A stretch of DNA of 64,000 nt, taken from Neocallimastix sp. 'constans' (taxonomy: Eukaryota). Of the stretch, positions 28,628 to 42,045 are shown piece after piece. The position numbers and the translations under genes were made by a program. The stretch covers positions 186,001 through 250,000 of the forward strand of contig JBODTK010000137.1 in NCBI GenBank assembly GCA_050613775.1. The letters are read 5' to 3'. The first letter of the stretch is position 1; every line of letters starts with the position of its first letter. Under the pieces are notes generated by a model. It saw only the letters and a list, made by a program, of their open reading frames with translations. It was not told where the DNA came from and made no database searches.

Positions 28628-31255
28628 TAGTTAATATTGATATAATAATAGTAATAATTAATATTATTTTTTTTAATATATGTATGAACAAATTTTTATA
28701 ACTAAAAGTAGTATAAATTAAAATAATTATGGATTACATATATAAAAATATATATATTTAATATATATTTAATATAATATTTAATTCTTAATGAGGTAAA
28801 ATAAAAAAAAAAAAAAAGAAAAAAAAAAGTGGTTAATAAATAAAAAATTAATGAATAATAATGGATTTTTTATTTCCATTTTTGTAAATTTTTAATCAGT
28901 AGCTAAAATAATTAATTTATAAAAATATTTATTTTATTATTTAAATTGAAGTACATTCAAAATATAGAAAATAAGATTTTAATTTAAGAATAAATGAAAA
29001 AAAATTGATAAAGATTGAATTTTTATCAATATTAATATAATATATTGATATAAATTCAAATAAAAACTTTAATTAATATAAAACATATTATTATAAAAAT
29101 ATAAAATTATTAATATTTACGTATTTTAAATATATTTGTGGCTTATAATAATAAATTCTAAATATAAATTACAATATGTTTTTGTTCAAGCATAAAGCTA
29201 ATATAAAATAATTTATTTTTATATTTTACAATTATTTATATTATTACTATTATAAGTGAGCACCATATTTTGTTTTTATTTTTAAGTATTCTTAATAAAT
29301 TTTATTAGATTTAATTATAATATAAATTAATTTTTATTAATATATAACAATTTGTTTCAACACATTTGAACTTTATTTTTCATATATTTCACATATTTAA
29401 ATATTCCCCTTTTAAACTTAGTTATTTATAATGAATAAATTGATTTACTGGTGAATATACTATTAGTTATTTATATTCTATATTAACTTTTAATTTTACA
29501 TGGAAAAAACACTTTTTTTCATAGTATTGGTTCTTTGATTTGATTTAAATATTGTTAAAATAATTTCTTAAATATATATATATATATATGTAATTAATAT
29601 TATTACATCATTAATATTAGATGTATCGTGTAAATACGCGCTAAAATAACTATACTTTAAATAATATGCTTTGTCTGATCGCTTAAATTTTTGTATGTAA
29701 TGTATATTTTTAAAATGTATTTTGTATATTCATGGGACTGGAAACGATTTATTACAAAGTAGATTCCTTTACATATAATTATAGTCCATTATTAAGTTCC
29801 TACAAATTCATTAAGAGTCTCTATAGATGAATGAAAACATTATAATAATATATGCTTAGCGTGTTTTTTTCACTGTTGAATTAATAATGCTATATTTTCA
29901 TAATTTTATTATACTTGTGGTAATTCTCTTTAATCAACTATTTTATATTGTACACGTTTTTTTTTCTTATTTTTGCAATTTTGGTCATTTCAAATGGTCG
30001 ATCAGTTTTATTAGTCTTTCTTAAATTGACATAATGAGCAACTTTTATCATAATTTAAAATTCAAATTTATTTTTTATTTATTTTTTTTTTTGACATAAT
30101 ATTATGTCCGTCAAACCATTCTTTTGCTAGGATTTTTTTTTTTAAAGGTCAAATTTATATAATTATGTCAACTTTATTAATTTATTTTATTATATAAAAT
30201 TTCTGACACTTAATTATTCTAATATGATTTAATATATTGTGGCTTATACATTAATTATACCATATTTTAGTATATTTTTCATATTTCACATATTTTAACA
30301 AATGAAACTATTGTAATCTTAATATATAATATACCATAATATAATGTATAAAATAAGAATTATATATTAAATACTATAAACAATTAAATAATTCATTGAG
30401 TAAATTAATACACATATTAAAAAAAAGAACAAAAAAAAAAGTATTTTATATTAATTTTTGATAAATTAATTTAATTAATTTATATTATATTAACTTAATT
30501 TATTAATAATTGAAATAGTATATTAATAAATTTATGATTTTTATTGAATAAAATTTTAATATATTTGAATATATTACAATATATTAATAATACAAAAATT
30601 TATATATTTTGTATCATTTTAATAAAAATTTTGTTGAATGTAAATTTTATTATAATATTAGTATTATCTTTTTTTTTTTTCTTTAAAAATTTTTTAATAT
30701 ATATATTTTTTTATTTAACAATAAATATATTTTACTTTTTTATTAGTATTTTTTTTTTTTTTTTTCTTAAAGCATAAAATAAATTTAACAAATAATAAAT
30801 TTTCAAATGAAGTGTAATTAATGTTGAATAAAAAATAATTTTAAAATAATTTAAGATATAATAGAATAAAAATTATAACAAAAAAAAATTAAAAAAAAAT
30901 TAAATAAAAATTCATATATAACAATAAGAGTTACATATAAATTATATAAAATATATATATTTTTATTATTATTTTTTTATATATATTTTTTTAATTCCCC
31001 CCAAAATATATATATATTAATCTAGAAAGAATTTTTTATTTTTTAATTGAAATATAGAAGATTTTATTAGTAATATTACCACATTAAATTGAGCTTAAAT
31101 TGCTGAATTATTATTATTATTTTTTTTTAAATAAAATATATATCTATTTTTAAATTATTAGAAGGAAGAATAATTAAATAAATTATTTTATATTTATTTT
31201 ATATATTTTATATATTTTAAATTTAGTATTAACAAAAAAGAGTTAAGATATTACG

Positions 31256-33965
31256 ATGAATAGAAATAAACAATTTAATAATAATTCGAATTCAGTTTCC
31301 TCTTCAAAAACTGGTAATAATTATAATGTTAATAATGTAAAAACTGAAAATTCTAATGATAATTCAACAAATACATTAAATAATAAAGAAAATGATGTAT
31401 TTACTAATGGAAAGAAATCTTATTTACCTTCACCTTCACCAATATCATTATATAATTTAAAAAAAGAAACAAGCGAACAATCAACAAGTAAGTGTAATAT
31501 TTTAATACTTAATTACATTTATTTAATAAGAATATGTTAAATATTCTTATTGAATATTTTTTTTTTTTTTAAATATTAAATTTTAAAATTAATATCATCA
31601 GTTTTTTAATTAAATGTAGTTAAATATATAAACAATTAAAGCTCAATTTAAAGTTTATTAATATTATATAATTATATAATGTTTTTTTTTTTTTTTTTTC
31701 CTTTTATAAAAGATCAAATGAAAAGCTCTTCATTAGTTTCCCCTAAAGCTTCACCAAAATCTAGTAAGGAAATGCCTGTTAATAATCGAAAAAGAAAAAT
31801 GGCAAATGAAATACCTCCAACTAAAAAAATAAAGGAAGAACAAGTAGAAAATAAAAATGATAATGAAATAAATAATACTCATGAAAAGCATATAAAAAAT
31901 GGAAGTATGGTTTCAAATTTTTCTTATCAATTTACTCAATATAAAGCACCTAATGATAACTCAGCAACGAAATTTAAATTTCAAAAGGTTAAGGATACAC
32001 CAACAAATGGTAATGAAGAAGATAATAATAAAGTTAAAAAGGAGGAAATAGAAAAACAAGAAAAGGATAAAAAGCTAAGAAATAATTTCAATAATTTTAC
32101 TCAAAATATATCCAAGAATAATTTATTACAAAAATTTCATCGTCCTTATAAGAAGAGTCAAATTATTGCTTCTAGAAGAAAATCTCTTCCTCTTCCTTCA
32201 CAGCTGGAAGTTAAATGTATACAACAATATTTAAAAAATGAAAAGCTGAGAGAAACTAATTCTGCTCATCCTAATGATGTTAAATCAGTTAAAGTTCATG
32301 ATAATGGAAATTCTGAAAACAAAAATGTCCCAAATAATTCATCCATTTATCATTCATTAACACGTCCGACTTTCGTAATACAAACACAAAATAAGAAAGT
32401 CGCCATTCCTCGTAATCATTCTAATACTCATAGAGAAGCTACTAAAGATTTATTCCTTTCCAAATCAAAATCACATTCGTCATCTATATTAGCTAAGACT
32501 TTAAACCCAAATCCTATGAATATGAAAGTTCCAATTCAACCTTTAATCAAAAATCAAATTTCGTTACCAAATATAAAACAAAAACCAATACCTCAACTAT
32601 CATTTAATGGAAACCTTAAGCAACCTTTAATGCCATTAAATAATATGAAAATAAATAATGGTATGAATGTGCCAAATAATATGCCAAACAACATACCAAA
32701 CAACATGTCTAACAATATGCCAAACAATGTGCCAAACGATATGTCTAACAATGTGCAAAACAATGTGCCAAATAATATGCCAAATAATATGCCAAATAAT
32801 ATGCCAAATAATATGCAAAATAATATACAAAATAATATGCAAAATAATATGCAAAATAATTTGCAAAGTAATATGAAAAATAATATGCCAAACGATATGC
32901 CAAACAATATGCCAAACAATATGCCAAATAATAAGTCAAACAATATGCCAAACAATATGCCAAATAAAATTCCAAACAATATGCCAAACAATATGCCAAA
33001 CAATGTGCCAAACAATGTGCCAAATAACATGTCAAATAACATACCAAACAATATGCCAAACAATGTGCCAAAAGATAAGCCAAATAATATGCCAAATAAT
33101 ATGCCAAACAATATGCCAAACAGTATGCCAAATAATATGCCAAATAATATGCCAAATAATATGCCAAATAATATGCCAAACAGTATGCCAAATAATATAC
33201 CAAATAATATGCCAAATAATATGCCAAATAATATGCCAAATAATATACCAAATAATATGCCAAATAATATACCAAATAATATGCCAAATAATATATCAAT
33301 CAATATGTCAAACAATATGTCAAATAACGTTTCAAACTATATAGTAAATAATAACAATATGAATAACAATGTTAATAATATTAATATGAATAATAATGTT
33401 AATAATATTAATATAAATAAAAATAACATGAATGTGAACAATAATGAAGCTTCAGTCATTAACCAAAGAAAATTATCTATAGAATCTAATAAAAACCAAG
33501 TACAAACTTCTATGCCACAAATTTCTAATTTCAATGATAATAGAATCCTTCCTCCAACTTTTAATAATAATAATAATGGAAATATTAATAATAATCGTAG
33601 AAATAGTATAAATAATAATGGAAACGTTAATAATAATCGTCGTAATAGTATAAATAATAATGGAAACATTAATAATAATCGTCGTAATAGTATAAATAAT
33701 AATGGCATAAATAAAAATTCAGGAAATAATGATATGAAGAATCAAATGGGAACTTCATTTGATATTATTAATAATAATAATGTAAATAATATGAATAATA
33801 TGAATAATAATAATAATATCAATAACATTATTCCATCATCCTATCCTCAAGGACAACAACAATCATTTGTAAATAGTAATAATAATATATATCAAAATCA
33901 ACAATTTAATTCTAAAAGAATGACTAATAATATCAATAATAATGAATCATTTATGAATAATAACT

Positions 33966-33998
<33 letters not shown>

Positions 33999-34510
33999 TG
34001 AATACCAGAATAATTACCAACAATGATATAATTATAAATAATAATATAAATAACAATATGAATAATGATATAAATAATAATATGAATAATGGTATAAATA
34101 ATGGAATTAAGAATAATATGAATGGAATGAATAATAATAATATGAATAATATGAATAGTAATAACTTCAATATCAATCGCCAAAATCAAAGCAAAGGTAA
34201 TATCAACAACAATAACAATAATATGAATCAAAATAATAACTTAAATTCAAACTATAATAATAAGAATTTCAATAATAATAATAATAATAATAATTTCACC
34301 AACGACAATAATAACTTTAACAATAATTTCGTTAATAACTTTAATAATAATATGAATAATAATAATAATAATTTTAATAATAATAATAATAATAATTTTA
34401 ATAATAATAATAATTTCAATAATAATAATAATAACAATAATTTCAATAATAATAATAATAATAATAATTTCAATAATAATAATAATAATTTCAATAATAA
34501 TAATAATTTC

Positions 34511-34591
<81 letters not shown>

Positions 34592-36136
34592 TTCAATAAT
34601 AATAATAATAATTTCAATAATAATAATAATAATTTCAATAATAATAATTTCAATAGTAATAATAACAATAATAATAATAATAGCTTTAATAATAATAATT
34701 TCAATAGTAATAATTTCAGTAATAATAATAATGGCTTTAATAATAATAATTTCAATAGTAATAATTTCAGTAATAATAATAATGGCTTTAATAATAACAA
34801 TAGTATTAATGGCTTTATTAATAATAACTTCAATAATAATAATAATAATAATATTAATAATAATGGCAATAATAATGCCTTTAATAATACTAATTTCAAT
34901 AATAATAATAATGGCTTTAATAATAATAATTTTAATAATAATACCATAAGTAATAATAATAATAATAATATCTTTAATAAACAAAATAATATGAATATGA
35001 ACATAAGTAATAATAATAATAATGGCAATAATAATAATAATAATAACAATATGAATATTAGTATGAACAATGGAAATAATAATTTGAACATGATGAATGG
35101 CAATATAAATAATATGAATAGAATGAATAATAATATAATTATTAATAATAATAATATGAATAATAATATAAATAATAATATGAATATGAATAATAATATA
35201 AATAATAATATTAATATGAATAATAATATGAATAATAATATGAATATGAATAACAATATGAATAATAATATGAATGGAAATGTGAATAATAATAACATGA
35301 ATAATATGAACAAAAACATAAATAACATGAATAATATGAATAATATGAATAACATGAATAACATGAATAACATGAATAACATGAATAACATGAATAATAT
35401 GAATAACATGAATAACATGAATAACATGAATAACATGAATAACATGAATAATATGAATAATATGAATAATATGAACATGGCAATTAATGGTAACAAAAAT
35501 GGAAATGTGATTAATATGAATAATAACAACATGAATGACATGAATATAATTAATAATAACCAGATGGGTAATATGAATGGTAATAATTTTGATAATGGAA
35601 TGATGAACATTAACCATAACAATGGTATGAATAGAATGTATAATAATAATAATGGAATAGTAAATAATATGAATGGTATGAATGGAATGAACAATAACGG
35701 TAATAATAATATGTATATGAACGTGAATATGAATATGAATAATAGTAATGGAAATGGTATGGTTATAAATAATAATAACAGAAATAATATGAACCGTAAT
35801 AACAATAATATGCCAATGAATGGAATGATTAACAATAATATGCAAATGAATGGAATGAACAACAATAATATGAACAATAATATGAATAATAATATGAATA
35901 ATAATATGAATTACAATATGAATAATAATATGAATAATAATATGAATTATAATATGAATAATAATAATATGAATAATATGAATTTTCGTAACAATAATAT
36001 GATCAGTAATAACAATAGTGATAATAATAGAAATATTCAAACCCCTGTTTCTAATGCAGTTATGACTTCAATGCCATTACAAATTAATAATAGTAATATA
36101 AATCGTGATTCAGGCATGAGAAATGGTAAATATTAA
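31256..36136 (+). CDS. Large N/M-rich low-complexity protein; exons 31256-31487 and 31713-36136 (possible short last exon 36263-36270)
   Basis: In-phase GTAAGT/AAG intron. 1485-codon ORF with an NLS-like RKRK...KKIK, NNMP tetrapeptide repeats and poly-N. No folded domain recognised. Confidence 0.8.
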
Positions 36137-36359
36137 ATTTTAAATATTATATAAATAAAAATATAATTAATATTGTAAAAATATATGAGAATGAATAATA
36201 ATATATAGATATATATTAGTAATAATGCTTTATATATTAATTATTATTATTATTATTTTAAGGAAGGTGAATTATCTATAGGTAGATAAAACAAATAAAA
36301 TAAAATTAAATAATTTCGAATTAATCCTATTGAATTAATTAACTAACTTATGGCAAAAC

Positions 36360-36393
<34 letters not shown>

Positions 36394-36543
36394 CAATAAT
36401 AAAATGTAAATAAATTTAAAACTTTTGAAATATTATAAAATATATGTTTAAACAGTTATAATGATAGAAAAAAATTTTTTTACAGTTTTTTTTTTATTAT
36501 TATTTGTTTAAAACAAAATATTTTGATATTATATAGAATATAG

Positions 36544-36619
36544 GTATGGCAGTTAATCATACACCCATATTACTATATGGGGAAGACCAAAGTCTTCAGT
36601 CTATAAAAAAAAAAAAAAA
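36544..36619 (+). mobile_element. 5'-truncated retroposon copy F
   Basis: 36543-36604 is identical to the reverse complement of 28400-28461. Poly(A) tail; 13-bp TSD ATATAGAATATAG (36531-36543 / 36620-36632). Confidence 0.92.
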
Positions 36620-36684
36620 ATATAGAATATAGAAAATTTTTTTTATTAAAAATAATTTATTATGAAATTTAATTTTTATTTCTT

Positions 36685-36715
<31 letters not shown>

Positions 36716-37209
36716 ATTATTATTATTATATTATAATGTATGTAATAAAAAGATAATTTTATATTTTTTGAATTGTCTTATTTTTATTACATTCATTTAT
36801 TTTCATATAAAAATATATTTTATTTTATTTTATTTTATTTTATTTTTTATTTTTATTTTTTTATTTTATTTTTTTTTTATTTATTATTTTTTTTATATTT
36901 ATTATTTTCTTTTTATATTTATTTTTATATTTATTTTTATATTTATTTTTATATTTATTTTTATATTTTATATTTATATTTATATCTTTATTAAAATTAT
37001 TAAATTTTTTATTAATAGTTCATTGAAACTATAATTCGTTTTTCTAGTTCATTGTTTTTTCTTTATTTATATATATATATATATATATTATATTTTTATT
37101 TTATATTAATCATTAATGTTTAAAAAAAAATTCATAATTTTTTTTAGTAGAATATAAAAAAAAAAAAAAAAAATTAGTAATAAAATAATAAATTATAATA
37201 AAATTTTTC

Positions 37210-37240
<31 letters not shown>

Positions 37241-37759
37241 ATTTGTTAAAAACGTCATATATATATATATCATTAAGATTATTAATATTAATATATATAC
37301 ATAAATATAAATTAATATAACAATTTTTATAATATTTTATGATATTATTATTATTATTATTTTTTAAAGAAATTGATTTTAAAGAAAAAGTATCAATTTA
37401 TTTTTATGGTAACTCCTCTAATAATATGAAAAAGTTTTTTGAGGCTTCTTTGATGCATAAATTTTGAATCATGAATCGAAATGTAGATTAAGATTTATGG
37501 GAAATTTTTTAAGTAAAAAAAAAAAAAAAAACTTTTCCATATTAAAATAGTTTTTCTTGTTATAGCAATTTTTAATTATTTAAAATTTATTAAAAAACTA
37601 TTAAATTAAATTACTATTATAAAATTATATAATTATAATTTTAACATTTACAATTTCTTAATATTTAATATTTATTTATCAAGTTTTCCTTCCTCAAGAT
37701 ATAAGTTATATTTGATAATAATAATAAAAAACTTTTGAAAACTTTTGAAAAATTTTAAT

Positions 37760-37798
<39 letters not shown>

Positions 37799-37799
37799 G

Positions 37800-37933
37800 T
37801 TATTATTTTCTGTACATTCTGATAAAGTGAAGGAAAAGTATTAATACAATTACAGGTAGAGATTTTATAGAGTTTTATTATTAAAGGTGTAACTATGTCT
37901 GTTGGGTATGTAACATGAATGGATCCAGAATCT

Positions 37934-37980
<47 letters not shown>

Positions 37981-38660
37981 TATAGAACATATGTTGTGGA
38001 TCAATGTATAAGCAATAAGCTTTATGAACATGACGATCAATTATAATATCATATGAAGAATTGTCATCACTAAAATGTAGAAGGATACCTTAATTTCTAT
38101 ATTTTCAAATTCTAGACATAAGTTGGTATCCTTATCAGAGGAGATAATTTGTTTTTCCTGCAATTTTATAATAATTTCTTTTTAGTTTGAGTATTTCATG
38201 AGTTTTTTTTTTTTTTAACAATAGTTTTGAAGAAAGAAATAGTAAACAGATTAACTTTTATCATATTTTTTTTTTCAACAGATCCCATTACAAAATAATA
38301 TCTGCTTTACTAAAGACATTAATTCTTTTAATCTCATCTTTAGTATATCTCTGAGAATATTTTTGTCATTGGAAGGTTCTGTATTAATAGTCAGAAAATT
38401 ACTATCATTTTCATTAATGTTCATGTGATGTATAGAATTGATCTTCCTTATATTGTTTAAGATTCAGCTTTAATCTTTTAATACATAAATGTCTAAGAAG
38501 AGGACTTACGGTGAACAGCTGAGTGAATGTAATTCTCGCATTAGCATCATTAAGAACACCAGCCAAGTCATACTCGTTCCTGTTATCCAACATAAAAATG
38601 GTTCTTGTAATGGAGGAATGTTTAAATTGAATTAAACATATTTACACGATAGGCTCGTAA
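37800..38660 (-). mobile_element. Degenerate Ty3/Gypsy gag-protease remnant
   Basis: Minus strand reads YDLAGVLNDANARITFTQLFTVSPLLRHLCIKRLKL, resembling the pre-protease region of fungal Gypsy elements. A DSGS protease-like motif lies near 37920-37935. Confidence 0.55.
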
Positions 38661-38813
38661 CTCTAAGTAATTTAAAATATATTTTTTAATGAACAAGTTT
38701 TATTAATTTATTAAAAATATAAATATTAACTATTATTTATTAATCAGTTAAGATAATATTCTAAATTACTTATAACTAATTAATAAAAATGAGAATTTAA
38801 AAATATTTTATTG

Positions 38814-39234
38814 TGAAATTTTACACCTATTTGTTGTAAATGAATCTTAGATAAAAAATGATAAAAATTATTAATAAAATAAATCTTTCTGATTTTTATC
38901 GATCTGATTATTTGATCGATAAAACACTAGTAATTTCTTTAATATTCTAAATATAATAATAAATAAAAAAATTCATAAAGTTTGGAAAGAGTGTGAGCTG
39001 AACCTTGAGGGTTCAGCCTGATGATCATGGTAGCTTACTACTGAACCACGGCTACTAATTTCCTGGTTAAGAGTTTCATTACATTGGCCCTCCTCGGATT
39101 AGGATTTGGATACCAGACGAATCTCAAAACTAGGTTAAACTATACTAAGAAAAATTTTTATTTAATTAATCTAATATAAATTATTTTTTTTTTTTTTTTT
39201 TTTTTTTTAACTAATTATTAGGTGTAAAATTTCA
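38814..39234. mobile_element. 421-bp element bounded by a perfect 16-bp inverted repeat (MITE or solo LTR)
   Basis: TGAAATTTTACACCTA (38814-38829) and TAGGTGTAAAATTTCA (39219-39234); TG...CA ends; GC-rich core. Confidence 0.65.
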
Positions 39235-39436
39235 ATACATGATAATAATAATAATAATAATAATATAAATACATTTATATTAATAAAGTTACATGAATAT
39301 TAAATAAAGATACATGAATATTAATAATAAAGAATAATAAAATTTATTGATACTGGGGAAATAATTTCAATTATAAGGTTCTAACTTATTTGGTTTAATT
39401 TCTTTTCTTTTTTTTCTTTTTTTTTTTTTTTTAATT

Positions 39437-39691
39437 CGAATTATAAGGGAACTGGTAACCCATACTTTGTCGTTGACTCTGAATTCGGGGGGTTTAATTC
39501 TGCGTTTATTAGCGATTAGTGAATTTTTCTTGTTTGCTAATTGCTTGTTTTAAGTTTTCTTTTAGTTTTCTGAAAAGTTTCTGATAAGTTTGTTGTTGTG
39601 AATTCTTCTACACCAGGAACATCGATAGAACTTGGTATAACTGGAGAGAACCTCTCCTTCTCTCTTGTTAATCTCAGTCTAAAAAAAAAAA
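39437..39691 (+). mobile_element. Structured SINE-like retroposon, copy D
   Basis: 3' end CTCTTGTTAATCTCAGTCTA(A)n matches the end of copy A. Variant core CATCGATAGAACTTGGTATAAC; hairpin GGAGAG-AAC-CTCTCC. The 5' boundary is uncertain. Confidence 0.65.
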
Positions 39692-41708
39692 TTAATTTTA
39701 TCAAATATTATTATTATAGATAATAAAATAAATTATCTTATAAAGTATTATGGTTTGATATTTATTTATTATTTTTATATTTAATATTTTATTGTTAAAC
39801 TATAATTTTTTTTTAAAAAATAAAAAAAAAATTAAAAACATAATGTAATAGATAAATGAATAAATAAACAAATAAATAAAAATTAAAAATCATAATATTA
39901 TACATATTTAATGTAATAATATATATATATATTATTTATCATATTTCAATAATATATATATACTATAATAATTTAATTATATAATTAATTATAATTAAAT
40001 TATCAAATCAATCTAATAATTAATTTTAAACTACTTCTATTAATTTAGAAGCGTTTAATATAAGAATTTATAAAAAATAAACAATATGCACAATAATACC
40101 ACAATACAACTATATAACAATGCAAGGATGGAAATATAAAATATATTTTATTAAAATTTATATATATTTTTATTAATTATTTAAATATTTAAAATTTTAA
40201 ATAGTTATTATTTATTATTTAATATAAAGTTTTAAAATAATAACACTTGATTTCAAAAAGAGATATCAAAGATATATAAAATATATAGATTGTAAAATAA
40301 ACCTTTTTTTTTCCTAATCTTAACAAGACCTTTTTTGGAAAAAGATTTGAAGAAAAAACTAGAAAAGTTTCAATCGATAATCTTTATGTTAGAAAAATTA
40401 GTATTTTTATTTTAAATTTTAATTAACACTTTTTTATTTTTATTATAATTTTAAATATTAAATAGTGTTTTAAGGATATATATATAGTTTATATAGTGTA
40501 TCATACACTATATAAGTTTATTATAAACTGTAACCTGATCCTAATATGTATTTTATAAATTTTTATTATATTTTACTTCATAATATATTTCAATTATTTA
40601 TATTATATTATATTATATTATTCAATCTAAACTTCATATTTATATTTCAAGTATTTATTATATTATATTTTATTTTTCCTATAAATTAATTAAATTTTAA
40701 ATAATATAATTAATATTTAAAAATTTTTAATCATATTTATATAGTATTTTCCACAATTATTAATTTTTGGTTTTCATAATTAAAATTTCTATTATATAAA
40801 AAGAATTTAAACTAATTAAAACTTATTTTTCTTGTTTATTTGTATAGCAGAAAATTATTATTTACTAATTAATTAGGGGTTTTGCTATATAATATATTTT
40901 GAACAATCGGGAAGAGGAGAAAAATAATTATGAGATGAGGAATTAATTATATTCTATAAAATTTATTAATATATATTCTATACATATATAAATATATTTA
41001 ATAAGATTTATTTATTTATTATTTATTATGTATTATTTATTTATTTATAAAATTTTTTTACATTATTTCAAAAATGAAAAGTTCAAGATTATTTTTTTAA
41101 AATTTTTATTCAAAATGAATATTAAAGATTTTAATTAAAGATTTTATATATTGATTAAACCTTATTCATTCTTTATTCTTTATTCATATTTTATTATATT
41201 TATATATGTCTTATAATATAGGTTGATATTTTAAATATAAAAGAATCTAATAATTTTCTTTCTTTTAAAAATTTTTCAATAATAAAAAAATTATATATAT
41301 ATATATACAATTTTTTTTTTTTTTTTTTTTATTTTATTTTATTTTATTTTATTTTTAACTTAAACCTTTTAATTAATATTATTATTTATTTTTAAAATAT
41401 TAATTAAAATATTTTAAATACTCAAAGAAATATCTTAATTTCGGTGATATCAATTGATAATAATACTATTTAAAAAAAAAAAAAAGGGATTGATAATAAA
41501 ATATTATTTAATATATGTTAAATATTATTTAATATATGTTAAACTAATTTAAAATTTTAAAAAAAAAAAAAAAAGAAATTCTTCTTAAAATGGAAATATT
41601 GTTAAAGATAAAAATTTAATTAATATCAAAATTAATCTATAATAATATTTAATTTTTTATATTTTTATTTTTTATATTTTTATTTCTTTATTAATTATAA
41701 AGTTTATG

Positions 41709-41838
41709 TATGGTGTTACCATTATTTATGGCGTTAAAATATTTTAAATTTTTTTTTTTTTTGTTTTAATTTTTCATTTCTTTATTTATTATTAATCATT
41801 GAAGTTCATTTATGGTGTTATAATTCTTTATGGTGCTA
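41709..41838 (+). promoter_or_regulatory. Four TATGGYGYTA motifs upstream of the serpin gene
   Basis: Motifs start at 41709, 41727, 41811 and 41829, forming two pairs each spaced 18 bp. Confidence 0.35.
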
Positions 41839-42045
41839 TAATATTTAATTTCTTATATTTTATTTTTTATATAAATATATTTTAAATTTTCTTTTTTTTT
41901 TATTTTTTTTTTTGTTTTTATAGAATAATTCAAATTAATAAATAATTTATTAATACTTAATTATTATAATTATATTAACTTTTATTATTTTTAAATTCCC
42001 ATTTAAAGTACATAAGAAAAGAACAATTAAAAACTGAATTTAGAA

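Noticed and set aside
32593..36040. Long antisense and alternate-frame ORFs (ILFG, poly-I/L, YYLA)
   Set aside because: Shadows of the Asn-rich repeats of the plus-strand gene.
38997..39050. Canonical hammerhead ribozyme
   Set aside because: CTGATGA and two stems are present, but there is no GAAA after stem II and no NUH before stem I.
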